From positions 1 through 39,940 of the forward strand of contig JACQVP010000063.1 in NCBI GenBank assembly GCA_016209715.1: a stretch of 39,940 nt of DNA. Direction: 5' to 3'. The stretch comes from Candidatus Omnitrophota bacterium (lineage in GTDB: Bacteria > Omnitrophota > Omnitrophia > Omnitrophales > Omnitrophaceae). The translations under genes and the position numbers were made by a program. Shown here piece by piece: positions 9,734-18,040 of the stretch; the stretch's first letter is position 1, and each line of letters opens with the position of its first letter. The notes beneath the pieces are model-generated. The model was not told the DNA's origin. It saw only the letters and a list, made by a program, of their open reading frames with translations, and made no database searches.

Positions 9734-12544
9734 TTATTCTAAAGCGATGTCGTCGAGGTAAATCGTGCCGGAAGAGGAGGGATTGCCCGGGTCGACAAAG
9801 AGGAGGATGTTGTCAATATTAGTCAGGTCGACGCCTGTGGCGCGGGAGAAATCGAAAACGAGACGGGTCCAGCCATTCGTATTGGTCGCTTGAGCCGCGC
9901 CGAGCTCCGCCTCGCCGAGCGTCCGGTCGCGGAGTTTTACCAGGAGGTCCGCGCGGCCGTAGACCCAAACCACCAGCCGGCTGAACCGGCTGAAATCCCG
10001 GAGCGGGTTCGCGGCGGAAAGATTCGCCCCGATGAAAGACCACGCCAGGCCGTCCTTGGTGTATTCGACTTTCATGGCGCCGAAACCGCCGCGGCTGGGG
10101 TCCTTGGATTGCGAGCGCCGGTACACGCGCGTGCCGTCGACATCCCACCACCCCAAAGAAGTGTCCGGCGTCCAGAAGCTCGCGTCCTCAAAGTTATCCA
10201 GCACGACCGGCTTGCGCGTCTCGAGTTTGATTTGGTCGACGTAAACCGTGCCGCTCGCCGTGCCGTTGCCGGGATCGATGAAAAACAGCAGGTTGTCGAT
10301 CGCCTTCTTGTCGATGCCGAGCGCCGTGTAGTCGAACATCAGCCGGTTCCAGCCGTTGGGGTTTTTGGCCCTGAGAGTGGCCACGTCTTGTTCCGCCCTC
10401 GTCTCGTCGCGGAGCTTCAGCAGGATGTCGCAGGCGCCGTAGACGTTCAGGGTCACGAGCTCATGCCGGCTGAAATCTCTCTTCGGATTCGCCGCGGTGA
10501 GATTGCCGCCCAGGATGGACCAGGCGTCGCCGTTCTTCGTGTATTCCAGCCGCATGGCGAGGCTGCCTTCATAAACCGGCGACGTCACCATCGAACGACG
10601 GTACACGTTGGTGCCGGCGCTCTCCCACCAGCCCAGAGTCACGTCCGGGCTCCAGAAATTTCCGTCCTCGAAATCCTCCAGCGTGAGGTCCGGCTCGGCG
10701 CTGTAATAACCCGAGAAACGGGCCCGCGTCAGAGCGCGGACGACGTGCTCGTTCGCCATAAAGGTCCGCCAGATCAACTGGCTTTTCCGGTTCTCGAGCA
10801 TGAGCAGCATGATGCCCTGGTCGATCCCGATGTAGTAATTGTCCACCCAGTTCTTAGCCGGATTGAACGAATCCACGAAACCGTAAGTCTTCCACAAGAG
10901 GTCCCCGCGGGCCGAATATAGATGTTTCAGCGCCGGAAGCGCGATGTCTTCCGCCAAGGCGATGGAACCGCCGACACCGGTCGGAGCGAGAGTCCCGTCC
11001 GAAAACAAATAATAGGACGGCCGCGCGCCGTAGGCCACGTATCCGTCCGGCCCGTCGCAGGCGGTCATGCCCCAAAGCAAGGCGCCGTATCCGAGCCCCG
11101 GATTGTCGATCGCGAAACGCTGGTTCGCGCGGACCCCCTCGATGGAATTCTGCCACCAGTTCACGCCCAATTCATCCTGCGTGGTCCGGAAATCAAACCA
11201 GGCGTGGGGATATTGATAGGTGAAGATTTCCCCGCCCGGCGTAAAAATAAATTCGGGCCCTTTGTAACTGCCCTTCGGACGCGCAAAGCTGTAAAAGGAG
11301 CCGGGAGAGATCGGGTAAGTCGGCGATCCGATCGCCAGCAAATAGGCCAGCAGGGCCTCGGAATAAGAATTGTAATATCCCCGGAACCCGTTCGTTTCCG
11401 TCCAGGATTGACGCAGCTGATTGAGTCCGGGGTCCAGCATCCACGACCATTCGATGCGGCGGTAAATCGTGTCGGCCAAAGTCTTCACTTCCCCGCCGAA
11501 GTACTCGCCGACCTGCAAAGCGCCCGCCGCGAGCAGGGCCGTGTCGATCGAAGACACTTCCTTGAACGGCACGTCCGAAGGGGTCCCGTCCGGTTTAAGG
11601 AAATGGTAGAAGAAGCCGTGGACCGTGGGGGTCCCGTTGAGGTATGTCGTGAGCGCCGTCCGGGACCGGTTATAAGCTTCGGTCCGGTCGATCCAGCCCT
11701 TTTCCGCGCCAACCGTGAGGGCCGAAAGATAGAAACCGCCCGCCGCGACGCTCGCCACACCGTTGACGGATCCGTCGGTGCCCAGACGGTCGAGGGTGAG
11801 GCCGCTCGCGGAAGTCGTGGCGATGAAATAATCGAAGATCCTCCGCTCGAGCAATTCCAGAAATTCCTCGTCCGACAGAACTTTGACCGAAATCACGTTG
11901 CTCCAGGCGCTCGCGAGGCCGCCGTTCTGGGGCAGTTTGTTCCACGACCGCACCCGGTAATAATAGACACCGGGAGTCTTGGGCGGGATATTTTCAAAGT
12001 TGGAGGTCGGCCAGTATTGCGGGCTTCCGGACGTCGTGAAATCGGAGCGGGAGTCTTCGGAAAGCTGATAGATAAAATCGCCCGGATCATTGGTCCACTG
12101 GAGCCGGAAACCGTCCCGGAGCGGGGAGCGTGAAGGCGCGATCAATTGCGGAGCCGCGGGTGTCGGCACCACGACGGAAACCTGGTTGCTCTGCCCCGTC
12201 ACCTGGATCTTGCCGCTCGAGGCGCGCCAGCCGAACACGACCTGATATTTCCAGGTGCCGGGCTTGGTCCGCGTCAACTGCAAGGGAGTCGTCGCGTTTC
12301 CATTATAAAGAATGCGGCTGCACCCCGATTTGGGATAACAGGGGTCAAATTCCAGGAGATATTCGCCGTTGTAGGGATCATTCGCCGGCGACCAGCTCAA
12401 GGTGAAAGTCGTGCTGGTGGCCGAATTGTTCCGGACGTTCGAAACCGAAAGCTGGATATTGGTCAAGGCGGAAGCCGGATCCGGAGCCGCGAGGAAAAAA
12501 AGACTGAGGAGAGCCCCGGAAAAAAGGGCGGATTTGAATTTCAT
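9734..12544 (-). CDS. Secreted glycoamylase-family (GH144-like) glycoside hydrolase with N-terminal Fn3-like and two C-terminal CBM11-like domains
   Basis: Signal peptide; GFFYHF, EVSSIDTALL, YSEALLAYLLAIGSP, FTYQYPHAW, WGMTACDGP, YIGIDQG; duplicated C-terminal domain (LEDFEDG.../LDNFEDA...). Confidence 0.8.
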   Translation of the reverse strand: MKFKSALFSGALLSLFFLAAPDPASALTNIQLSVSNVRNNSATSTTFTLSWSPANDPYNGEYLLEFDPCYPKSGCSRILYNGNATTPLQLTRTKPGTWKYQVVFGWRASSGKIQVTGQSNQVSVVVPTPAAPQLIAPSRSPLRDGFRLQWTNDPGDFIYQLSEDSRSDFTTSGSPQYWPTSNFENIPPKTPGVYYYRVRSWNKLPQNGGLASAWSNVISVKVLSDEEFLELLERRIFDYFIATTSASGLTLDRLGTDGSVNGVASVAAGGFYLSALTVGAEKGWIDRTEAYNRSRTALTTYLNGTPTVHGFFYHFLKPDGTPSDVPFKEVSSIDTALLAAGALQVGEYFGGEVKTLADTIYRRIEWSWMLDPGLNQLRQSWTETNGFRGYYNSYSEALLAYLLAIGSPTYPISPGSFYSFARPKGSYKGPEFIFTPGGEIFTYQYPHAWFDFRTTQDELGVNWWQNSIEGVRANQRFAIDNPGLGYGALLWGMTACDGPDGYVAYGARPSYYLFSDGTLAPTGVGGSIALAEDIALPALKHLYSARGDLLWKTYGFVDSFNPAKNWVDNYYIGIDQGIMLLMLENRKSQLIWRTFMANEHVVRALTRARFSGYYSAEPDLTLEDFEDGNFWSPDVTLGWWESAGTNVYRRSMVTSPVYEGSLAMRLEYTKNGDAWSILGGNLTAANPKRDFSRHELVTLNVYGACDILLKLRDETRAEQDVATLRAKNPNGWNRLMFDYTALGIDKKAIDNLLFFIDPGNGTASGTVYVDQIKLETRKPVVLDNFEDASFWTPDTSLGWWDVDGTRVYRRSQSKDPSRGGFGAMKVEYTKDGLAWSFIGANLSAANPLRDFSRFSRLVVWVYGRADLLVKLRDRTLGEAELGAAQATNTNGWTRLVFDFSRATGVDLTNIDNILLFVDPGNPSSSGTIYLDDIALE

Positions 12545-12556
12545 GGGAAAGATATT

Positions 12557-13339
12557 TTAGGACTTTGACCGCGAGGGGGCAACGTCCAAATCGAATATTT
12601 TCTTGAGCGTTCCGGGCTTCAGAACTTTGCGCCTCGGACCGGCCGCAAAAATCCGGCCCTTCCGGAGCAGGAGGGCGTGCGTGAAAAACGGGCGTATTTC
12701 TTCCAAGTGATGGGTCACCATGAGGATGCAAGGCCCTCCGCGAGCGGCCGCAATTTTTTTTAGTATCCGGTACAAATCGAATCGGGCTCCCATGTCGAGC
12801 GAGGCAAAGGGCTCGTCCAGAATCAAAAGCCGCGGAGACGCGACGCGGGCCCGGGCCAAAGCGACTTTCATCAACTCCCCGGTGGACAGGCTCCCGCAGA
12901 GGCGGTTTTCCAGCTCGAGACAACCGAGAAACGACAGTTGCTTGCGCGCCGCGGCGAGGACAGCGCGGGAGGGCTCACGGCCGGGTTCCACCAGGGCTTC
13001 GGTTCCGGCAGCGATCGCGTCCGAGACCCGCTCCCAAGGACGGAAGCGCTTGAGGATCCAGGGCGCCACCCACCCGAATTTCCGCCGGTGAAACGAGAGA
13101 TCCGTCCGTCCGTAGATTTCTCCCAGGACTTCGACCGTGCCGGAAGTCGCCCAAAGATAACCGGCGACTATTTCGAGAAGCGAGGATTTGCCCGAGCCAT
13201 TGCGACCGAGAACAACCCAGTTTTCGCCGGACCGGACCGTCCAGCTGATTCCAGAAAGAACTTGCCGGCCGTCGCGGACGAGATCGACCGCTTTCAACTC
13301 AAGGATTTTCCGGCCGCCCTCGCTTCCCGCTTGCGGCAT
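12557..13339 (-). CDS. ABC ATP-binding protein (ModF/YlmA-like)
   Basis: GRNGSGKS, LSTGE, LLILDEP, VTHH. Confidence 0.9.
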   Translation of the reverse strand: MPQAGSEGGRKILELKAVDLVRDGRQVLSGISWTVRSGENWVVLGRNGSGKSSLLEIVAGYLWATSGTVEVLGEIYGRTDLSFHRRKFGWVAPWILKRFRPWERVSDAIAAGTEALVEPGREPSRAVLAAARKQLSFLGCLELENRLCGSLSTGELMKVALARARVASPRLLILDEPFASLDMGARFDLYRILKKIAAARGGPCILMVTHHLEEIRPFFTHALLLRKGRIFAAGPRRKVLKPGTLKKIFDLDVAPSRSKS

Positions 13340-13340
13340 G

Positions 13341-15008
13341 TCAGCGCCCCGCGAGGAGGAACAAAAGCACCTGGGCCGAGACCACCCGCAGGATCATGAC
13401 CAGCGGGTAGACGGCGGCGTATGAAACAACTTGTGCGCTGGACGGCGTCATTTGATTGGCGAAAGCCAGCGCCGGAGGGTCGGTCATACTCCCGGCCAAG
13501 AGGCCGCAGAGCGTCAGATAATTCATCTTCGACCAGAGCCGCGCCAGCAGAGCGGCGGCGAGAAGGGGGATCAGGGTGATGGCGGCGCCGCAGGCCATCC
13601 AGAAAAATCCCTGCCCTTCGGTCAAGGTGGAAAAAAACCGGTCCCCCGACCGTAAGCCGACGCAGGCGAGGAACAGCGTGATTCCGACTTCGCGCAGCAT
13701 GAAATTGGCGCCAAGCGGCAAGTACCAAATGAGCCGCCCCACCCGCCCCAGGCTTCCCAGCACAATGGCGGCCACGAGCGGGCCTCCCGCGAGGCCCAAT
13801 TTCACCGGAGCGGCCATGCCCGGCAAATGGATGGGCACGGCCCCCAAGAGAATTCCCAGCGCGATTCCCACGAAAACCGGCACCAGCTCGGGATGGTTCA
13901 ATTCTTTTTCGGAGTCCCCGACCACGCGGCTGAACTTGGCCAGATCGCCTTCTTCCCCCACGATCACCAGCGTGTCGGCAAAATTGATTTCGATTTCCGG
14001 GTCCGCGGCGAATTCGAGTTCGCCCCGGGCGATACGGGTGACGGTCACGCCGTAGAGATAACATTCGATTTCGCCCACCGTGTGCCCCACCAGTTCCCGC
14101 CGGGTCACCAGCATCCGGCGCGAGCGGATCTTGGATTTGGTCTCCGTTTCGGCCATCGCCGCCCGGCTCCCGACCACGCGCTCGAGCTGTTCCAGGGTGT
14201 CGGGTCTTCCCACGGCCCGGATGATGTCCCCGACGTGGAGGAGCGAATGCGGCAGGGCCACCTGGACACTCGCGCCGTGCTGGATCCTCGAGATCACAAC
14301 GTGGCTTTCCTTCAGCGCGGGGATGTTCTCCACCGGGCAGGCCTCGAGGTTCGCGTTCTCCACGCGAAAATCGCGCGCCTCAAGACGCACGCATTGCTGA
14401 AGGTATTTTTCACTGTACCGGCGCGCCTCCCGCTCGGGATCGAGGCGAAACAAGACGCGCGTGAGGATCATGGTCAAAATGATGCCGACGATGCCGAAGG
14501 GATAGGCGAGGGCGTACCCCAGCGCCGGACCTTTGACCAGCTCTGGGTCCATCCGGGGCAGTTCGGCCATGGCCTGCTGGACGGCGGCCAGGCTGGGCGT
14601 GTTCGTGACGCCGCCGGACAAGAGGCCGAGCGTCACCGGAAGCGGCACCCGGGCCCAACCCCACACGGCGACGGCAACCAGGACGCCGCCCAAGACGATT
14701 CCGGCCGCGTAAAGATTGAGCACCAGCCCCATCGACTTGAAAGAACGAAAGAAGCCGGGACCGACCTGGATCCCGATCGAGTAGACGAAAAGGATCAGCC
14801 CGAATTCGCGCACGAATTCCGAAAGGGAGGTCCCGATTTCGATTCCGAAGTGGCCGAAGAGGATTCCGGCGAAAAGAACGCCCGCCGCACCCAGGCGCAC
14901 GCCCCAAAGACGCAGGCTCCCGGCGGCCAGGCCCAGAGCGATCACCGCGGAAAGGATGAAGACGGCCCGCGCCGATTCGGCGCTCAGCAGGGAAAGGAAA
15001 ATGTCCAT
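13341..15008 (-). CDS. YidE/YbjL (AspT-family) transporter with TrkA-C domains
   Basis: GLILFVYSIGIQVGPGFF, GGVTNTPSLAA, KLGLAGGPL, GSMTDPPALAFA; start placed at MDIFLS (ORF track extends to 15083). Confidence 0.9.
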   Translation of the reverse strand: MDIFLSLLSAESARAVFILSAVIALGLAAGSLRLWGVRLGAAGVLFAGILFGHFGIEIGTSLSEFVREFGLILFVYSIGIQVGPGFFRSFKSMGLVLNLYAAGIVLGGVLVAVAVWGWARVPLPVTLGLLSGGVTNTPSLAAVQQAMAELPRMDPELVKGPALGYALAYPFGIVGIILTMILTRVLFRLDPEREARRYSEKYLQQCVRLEARDFRVENANLEACPVENIPALKESHVVISRIQHGASVQVALPHSLLHVGDIIRAVGRPDTLEQLERVVGSRAAMAETETKSKIRSRRMLVTRRELVGHTVGEIECYLYGVTVTRIARGELEFAADPEIEINFADTLVIVGEEGDLAKFSRVVGDSEKELNHPELVPVFVGIALGILLGAVPIHLPGMAAPVKLGLAGGPLVAAIVLGSLGRVGRLIWYLPLGANFMLREVGITLFLACVGLRSGDRFFSTLTEGQGFFWMACGAAITLIPLLAAALLARLWSKMNYLTLCGLLAGSMTDPPALAFANQMTPSSAQVVSYAAVYPLVMILRVVSAQVLLFLLAGR

Positions 15009-15030
15009 CGGCGATTTTAGCACCGCGGAT

Positions 15031-15459
15031 TCAGTCGATAAAGCTGGAATATTTGAACCAGTAGGCGCAAAACGCTCGGGCAAATCTCACCAGTTCGCCG
15101 TAGCCCGAAGGCTTCCGGACGTAGCTGTTGGCCCCCATCCGGTAGGACTCGAGGATGTCGCGGCGATCGGCGGAGTTGGTGAAGACGACGACGGGAACAT
15201 GCTGGAAACGGACGGCGGAACGGAGGCGCTTGAGGACTTCCCGGCCGTCCACCTTCGGCATATTGAGGTCGAGGAGCACAATGGCCGGCAGGACGGCCCC
15301 GTCGGTCTGGTTGAAAAAGTACTCGAGGGCCTCCGCGCCGTCTTTCTTCCAGTCCAGCTCCACCTCCGAGGCGCAGCTCTCTTTGAAGGCGTCGCTCATC
15401 AGCGAGTAATCGTCTTCGTCGTCGTCAACGACCAGGATTTTTTTCCTAAACGGGCTCAT
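15031..15459 (-). CDS. Single-domain response regulator (Rcp1-like)
   Basis: LVVDDDEDD, LLDLNMPKVDG, GANSYVRKP; GGAGG upstream of ATG 15459. Confidence 0.9.
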   Translation of the reverse strand: MSPFRKKILVVDDDEDDYSLMSDAFKESCASEVELDWKKDGAEALEYFFNQTDGAVLPAIVLLDLNMPKVDGREVLKRLRSAVRFQHVPVVVFTNSADRRDILESYRMGANSYVRKPSGYGELVRFARAFCAYWFKYSSFID

Positions 15460-16972
15460 GTCCGCCCTCCCCGGCACCCACGGGAAGCGTCACGATGAAC
15501 GTCGCCCCCCGCCCTTCCGCGCTCTCCGCACGGATTTCGCCGCGATGATAATTCACGATTTTTTGGCAAATCGACAGCCCGATCCCCGTCCCTTCGTATT
15601 CGTTCTTACCGTGCAACCTTTGAAAGGGCTGGAAGACCTTGTCCGCGTATTTTTGGTCGAAACCGATGCCGTTGTCCCGGACGCGGATCTCAAACATGCC
15701 GTCCTTGGCCTGGCTTTGGATGCTGATCTCCGGAGGGGTCCCCTTTTTGGCAAACTTAATGGAATTGAGGATCAAGTTCTGGAAAAGGTGCCGTATCTGC
15801 GCGCCGTTGGCCCTGATCACGGGCAGATCCCCAAGGGTGATCCTGGCGCCGGATTCCGAAATCTTGACGTCGAGGTCCGCGAGCAATTCGATCAGCACCT
15901 GGCGCAGATCGGTCCTTTCGAACACCACCCGCCCGCTCGCCAGCCGCGAAAACTGGAGCAGGTCCTCGATGACTTTCTTCATCCTCTGGCCGGCGGCGTT
16001 GATGCGCTCCAGGTATTCGCGCTCGCTGCCCTTCAGGTCCGCCGAGGACGACACCCTCTCGCTGAACGAAATGATTTTACGGAGCGGCTCCTGAAGGTCG
16101 TGAGAGGAAATATAGGCGAATTGTTCCAATTCTTTATTGGTGTTGGAAAGCTCCTCGTTCCTGAGCCGGAGCTCTTCGGCGTAACGGGCGATGTCCTGCT
16201 CGGCCTTCTTTCGATCGGCAATGTCCACGATCGAGCTCAAAACAAAGACCCCGTCCTGCGTGGTGATGGGATTCAGGCCGATCTCGACCGGGACCTCGGT
16301 CCCGTCCTTTCGCAGCCCGAACAAATCCCGCACGGCACCCATGGGCCGGACTTGCGGAGAAGCGAGAAAGCCGGCCCGGTGGCCGTGATGAGAGCGGCGA
16401 AACCGTTCCGGCACGAGCATCTCGATCGGCTTGCCCAGGAGCTCGCTGCGTTCATACCCGAAAAGCTTCTCCACCTGCGCGTTGGCCAGGACAATATTGC
16501 CTTCACCGTTGACCATGATCATGGCGCTCGGCGCGGCCTCGGCCATCAGAAGCAAGCGCTGCTCGGCTTCGTTCCGGTTCGTCAAATCCCAGGAAATGAC
16601 GAAGAATCCCGGATAACCGCCGGACGGGTCCACCGGCCGGATCACCACGCGGGCCCAAAAGCGGCTTCCGTTTTTTTTCAACCGCCAAGATTCCCCTTCA
16701 TAGCGGCCGTTGTTCCGGGCCTCCCGGAGCGCCTTTCCCGGAACCCCGCTGGCGCGCTCTTCTTCGGGAAAAAAGAGGGAAAAGTGCCGGCCCAACACTT
16801 CCTCCCGCAAATATCCCTTCATTTTGAAAGCCCCCGCATTCCAGCTCCGGATGATGCCCGCTTCATCGACCACATAAACCGACGAATCTTCCCATTCTTC
16901 GATGAGCTTTCGAAAGTGCTCGTCGCCGATCTGGAAATCCAGATTGCTCACAGGGCTTCTGTCGTCCGACAA
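15446..16972 (-). CDS. Cytoplasmic double-PAS sensor histidine kinase
   Basis: Two PAS domains; H-box SHDLQEPLRKI, N-box NLILNSIKF, DNGIG, GTGIGLSIC; TTG start after AAGGAGG. Confidence 0.92.
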   Translation of the reverse strand: MSDDRSPVSNLDFQIGDEHFRKLIEEWEDSSVYVVDEAGIIRSWNAGAFKMKGYLREEVLGRHFSLFFPEEERASGVPGKALREARNNGRYEGESWRLKKNGSRFWARVVIRPVDPSGGYPGFFVISWDLTNRNEAEQRLLLMAEAAPSAMIMVNGEGNIVLANAQVEKLFGYERSELLGKPIEMLVPERFRRSHHGHRAGFLASPQVRPMGAVRDLFGLRKDGTEVPVEIGLNPITTQDGVFVLSSIVDIADRKKAEQDIARYAEELRLRNEELSNTNKELEQFAYISSHDLQEPLRKIISFSERVSSSADLKGSEREYLERINAAGQRMKKVIEDLLQFSRLASGRVVFERTDLRQVLIELLADLDVKISESGARITLGDLPVIRANGAQIRHLFQNLILNSIKFAKKGTPPEISIQSQAKDGMFEIRVRDNGIGFDQKYADKVFQPFQRLHGKNEYEGTGIGLSICQKIVNYHRGEIRAESAEGRGATFIVTLPVGAGEGGHEPV

Positions 16973-17041
16973 GGGCGCCTCCTTGCAATAGAAAGGCCTG
17001 GTTTTAGCCTCTTCTATTTTAATATAAAGACCGGGCCGGGA

Positions 17042-17977
17042 CTATTTGGGCAAATCGCCGGGAGAGAAGGCGGAAAGAAGGGCTTGATTGGTGGGGTACT
17101 TCTGCATGAGTTCGACCAGCACCCGGGCGGCCTCCGGGGCGTCCATCCCGGCCAGGCCTCGGCGCAGGATCCTGATCCTTTGCAGCTCCTCCGGATCGAG
17201 AAGGAGCTCTTCCTTGCGCGTGCCGCTGCGGGAAATGTCGATCGCGGGAAAGATGCGCCGGGAGGAAATATCGCGGGAGAGGACGATTTCCATATTTCCG
17301 GTTCCCTTGAATTCCTCGAAAATCACGTCGTCCATCCGGCTCCCCGTCTGGATGAGAATGGTCGCCAGGATGGTGAGCGACCCGCCGTTCTCGATCTTGC
17401 GGGCCGAGCCGAAAATCCGGCGCGGCACTTCCAGCGCGCGGGAATCCACGCCTCCGGACAGCGTCCGGCCGCTGGAGCGCCTTTCCACGTTGTGCACCCG
17501 CGACAGCCGCGTCAGCGAATCAATGAGGAGCACCACGTTCTCGCCTTTTCCCGCTTCCTGATAGGCTTGGCGCATCAGCCGGTCGGCCGTCTCGATATGG
17601 TGGTCGTAAGTTTCATCCGAAGACGAAGAGCGCACCTCGGCCGGGACGCTACGCTGAAAATCGGTGACTTCTTCCGGCCGCTCGTCCACCAGCAGGAGAT
17701 ACAATTTGGCCGCCGGCGCCGAAGCCGCGATCGCCCGGCTCAAATGCTTCAGGATAGTGGTCTTGCCGGACCCCGGGGGCGCCACGATAAGCCCGCGCTG
17801 GCCCATGCCAATCGGGCAGACGAGGTCGATCGCGCGCATGGTGAATTCGGAAAGCCCCGCCTCCAGCCGGATCCTGGGCGACGGGTCGACGGGAACGCCG
17901 GAGAAAAAAGGGTCCGCCGTCTGCTGCGGCCGCTGGAAATGTTTTCGGGAATGCCCGGGGGAGTCGTGTCGTCTCAT
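17042..17977 (-). CDS. rho: Short Rho-family ATPase lacking the N-terminal RNA-binding domain
   Basis: PIGMGQRGLIVAPPGSGKT, LVDERPEEVTD, DSLTRL, GRTLSGG, EEFKGTGNME, SGTRKEELL; only 311 aa. Confidence 0.85.
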   Translation of the reverse strand: MRRHDSPGHSRKHFQRPQQTADPFFSGVPVDPSPRIRLEAGLSEFTMRAIDLVCPIGMGQRGLIVAPPGSGKTTILKHLSRAIAASAPAAKLYLLLVDERPEEVTDFQRSVPAEVRSSSSDETYDHHIETADRLMRQAYQEAGKGENVVLLIDSLTRLSRVHNVERRSSGRTLSGGVDSRALEVPRRIFGSARKIENGGSLTILATILIQTGSRMDDVIFEEFKGTGNMEIVLSRDISSRRIFPAIDISRSGTRKEELLLDPEELQRIRILRRGLAGMDAPEAARVLVELMQKYPTNQALLSAFSPGDLPK

Positions 17978-18040
17978 TCGGACATATATTAGCTGAACCC
18001 GGGCGTCTGCGCTCGAAAAACTTTTCGATATTTGCCCGCC

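Noticed and set aside
9558-9761. 67-aa plus-strand ORF
   Set aside because: Lies in the AT-richer tRNA promoter region (minus-strand TATAAT at 9625-9630) and has no coding hallmarks.
15458-17992. 844-aa plus-strand ORF
   Set aside because: Antisense shadow of the kinase and rho genes; no motifs; typical of GC-rich DNA.
18013-18028. TCGAAAA-ac-TTTTCGA palindrome between the giant gene and rho
   Set aside because: Short and AT-rich with no second copy noticed; cannot distinguish an operator from chance.
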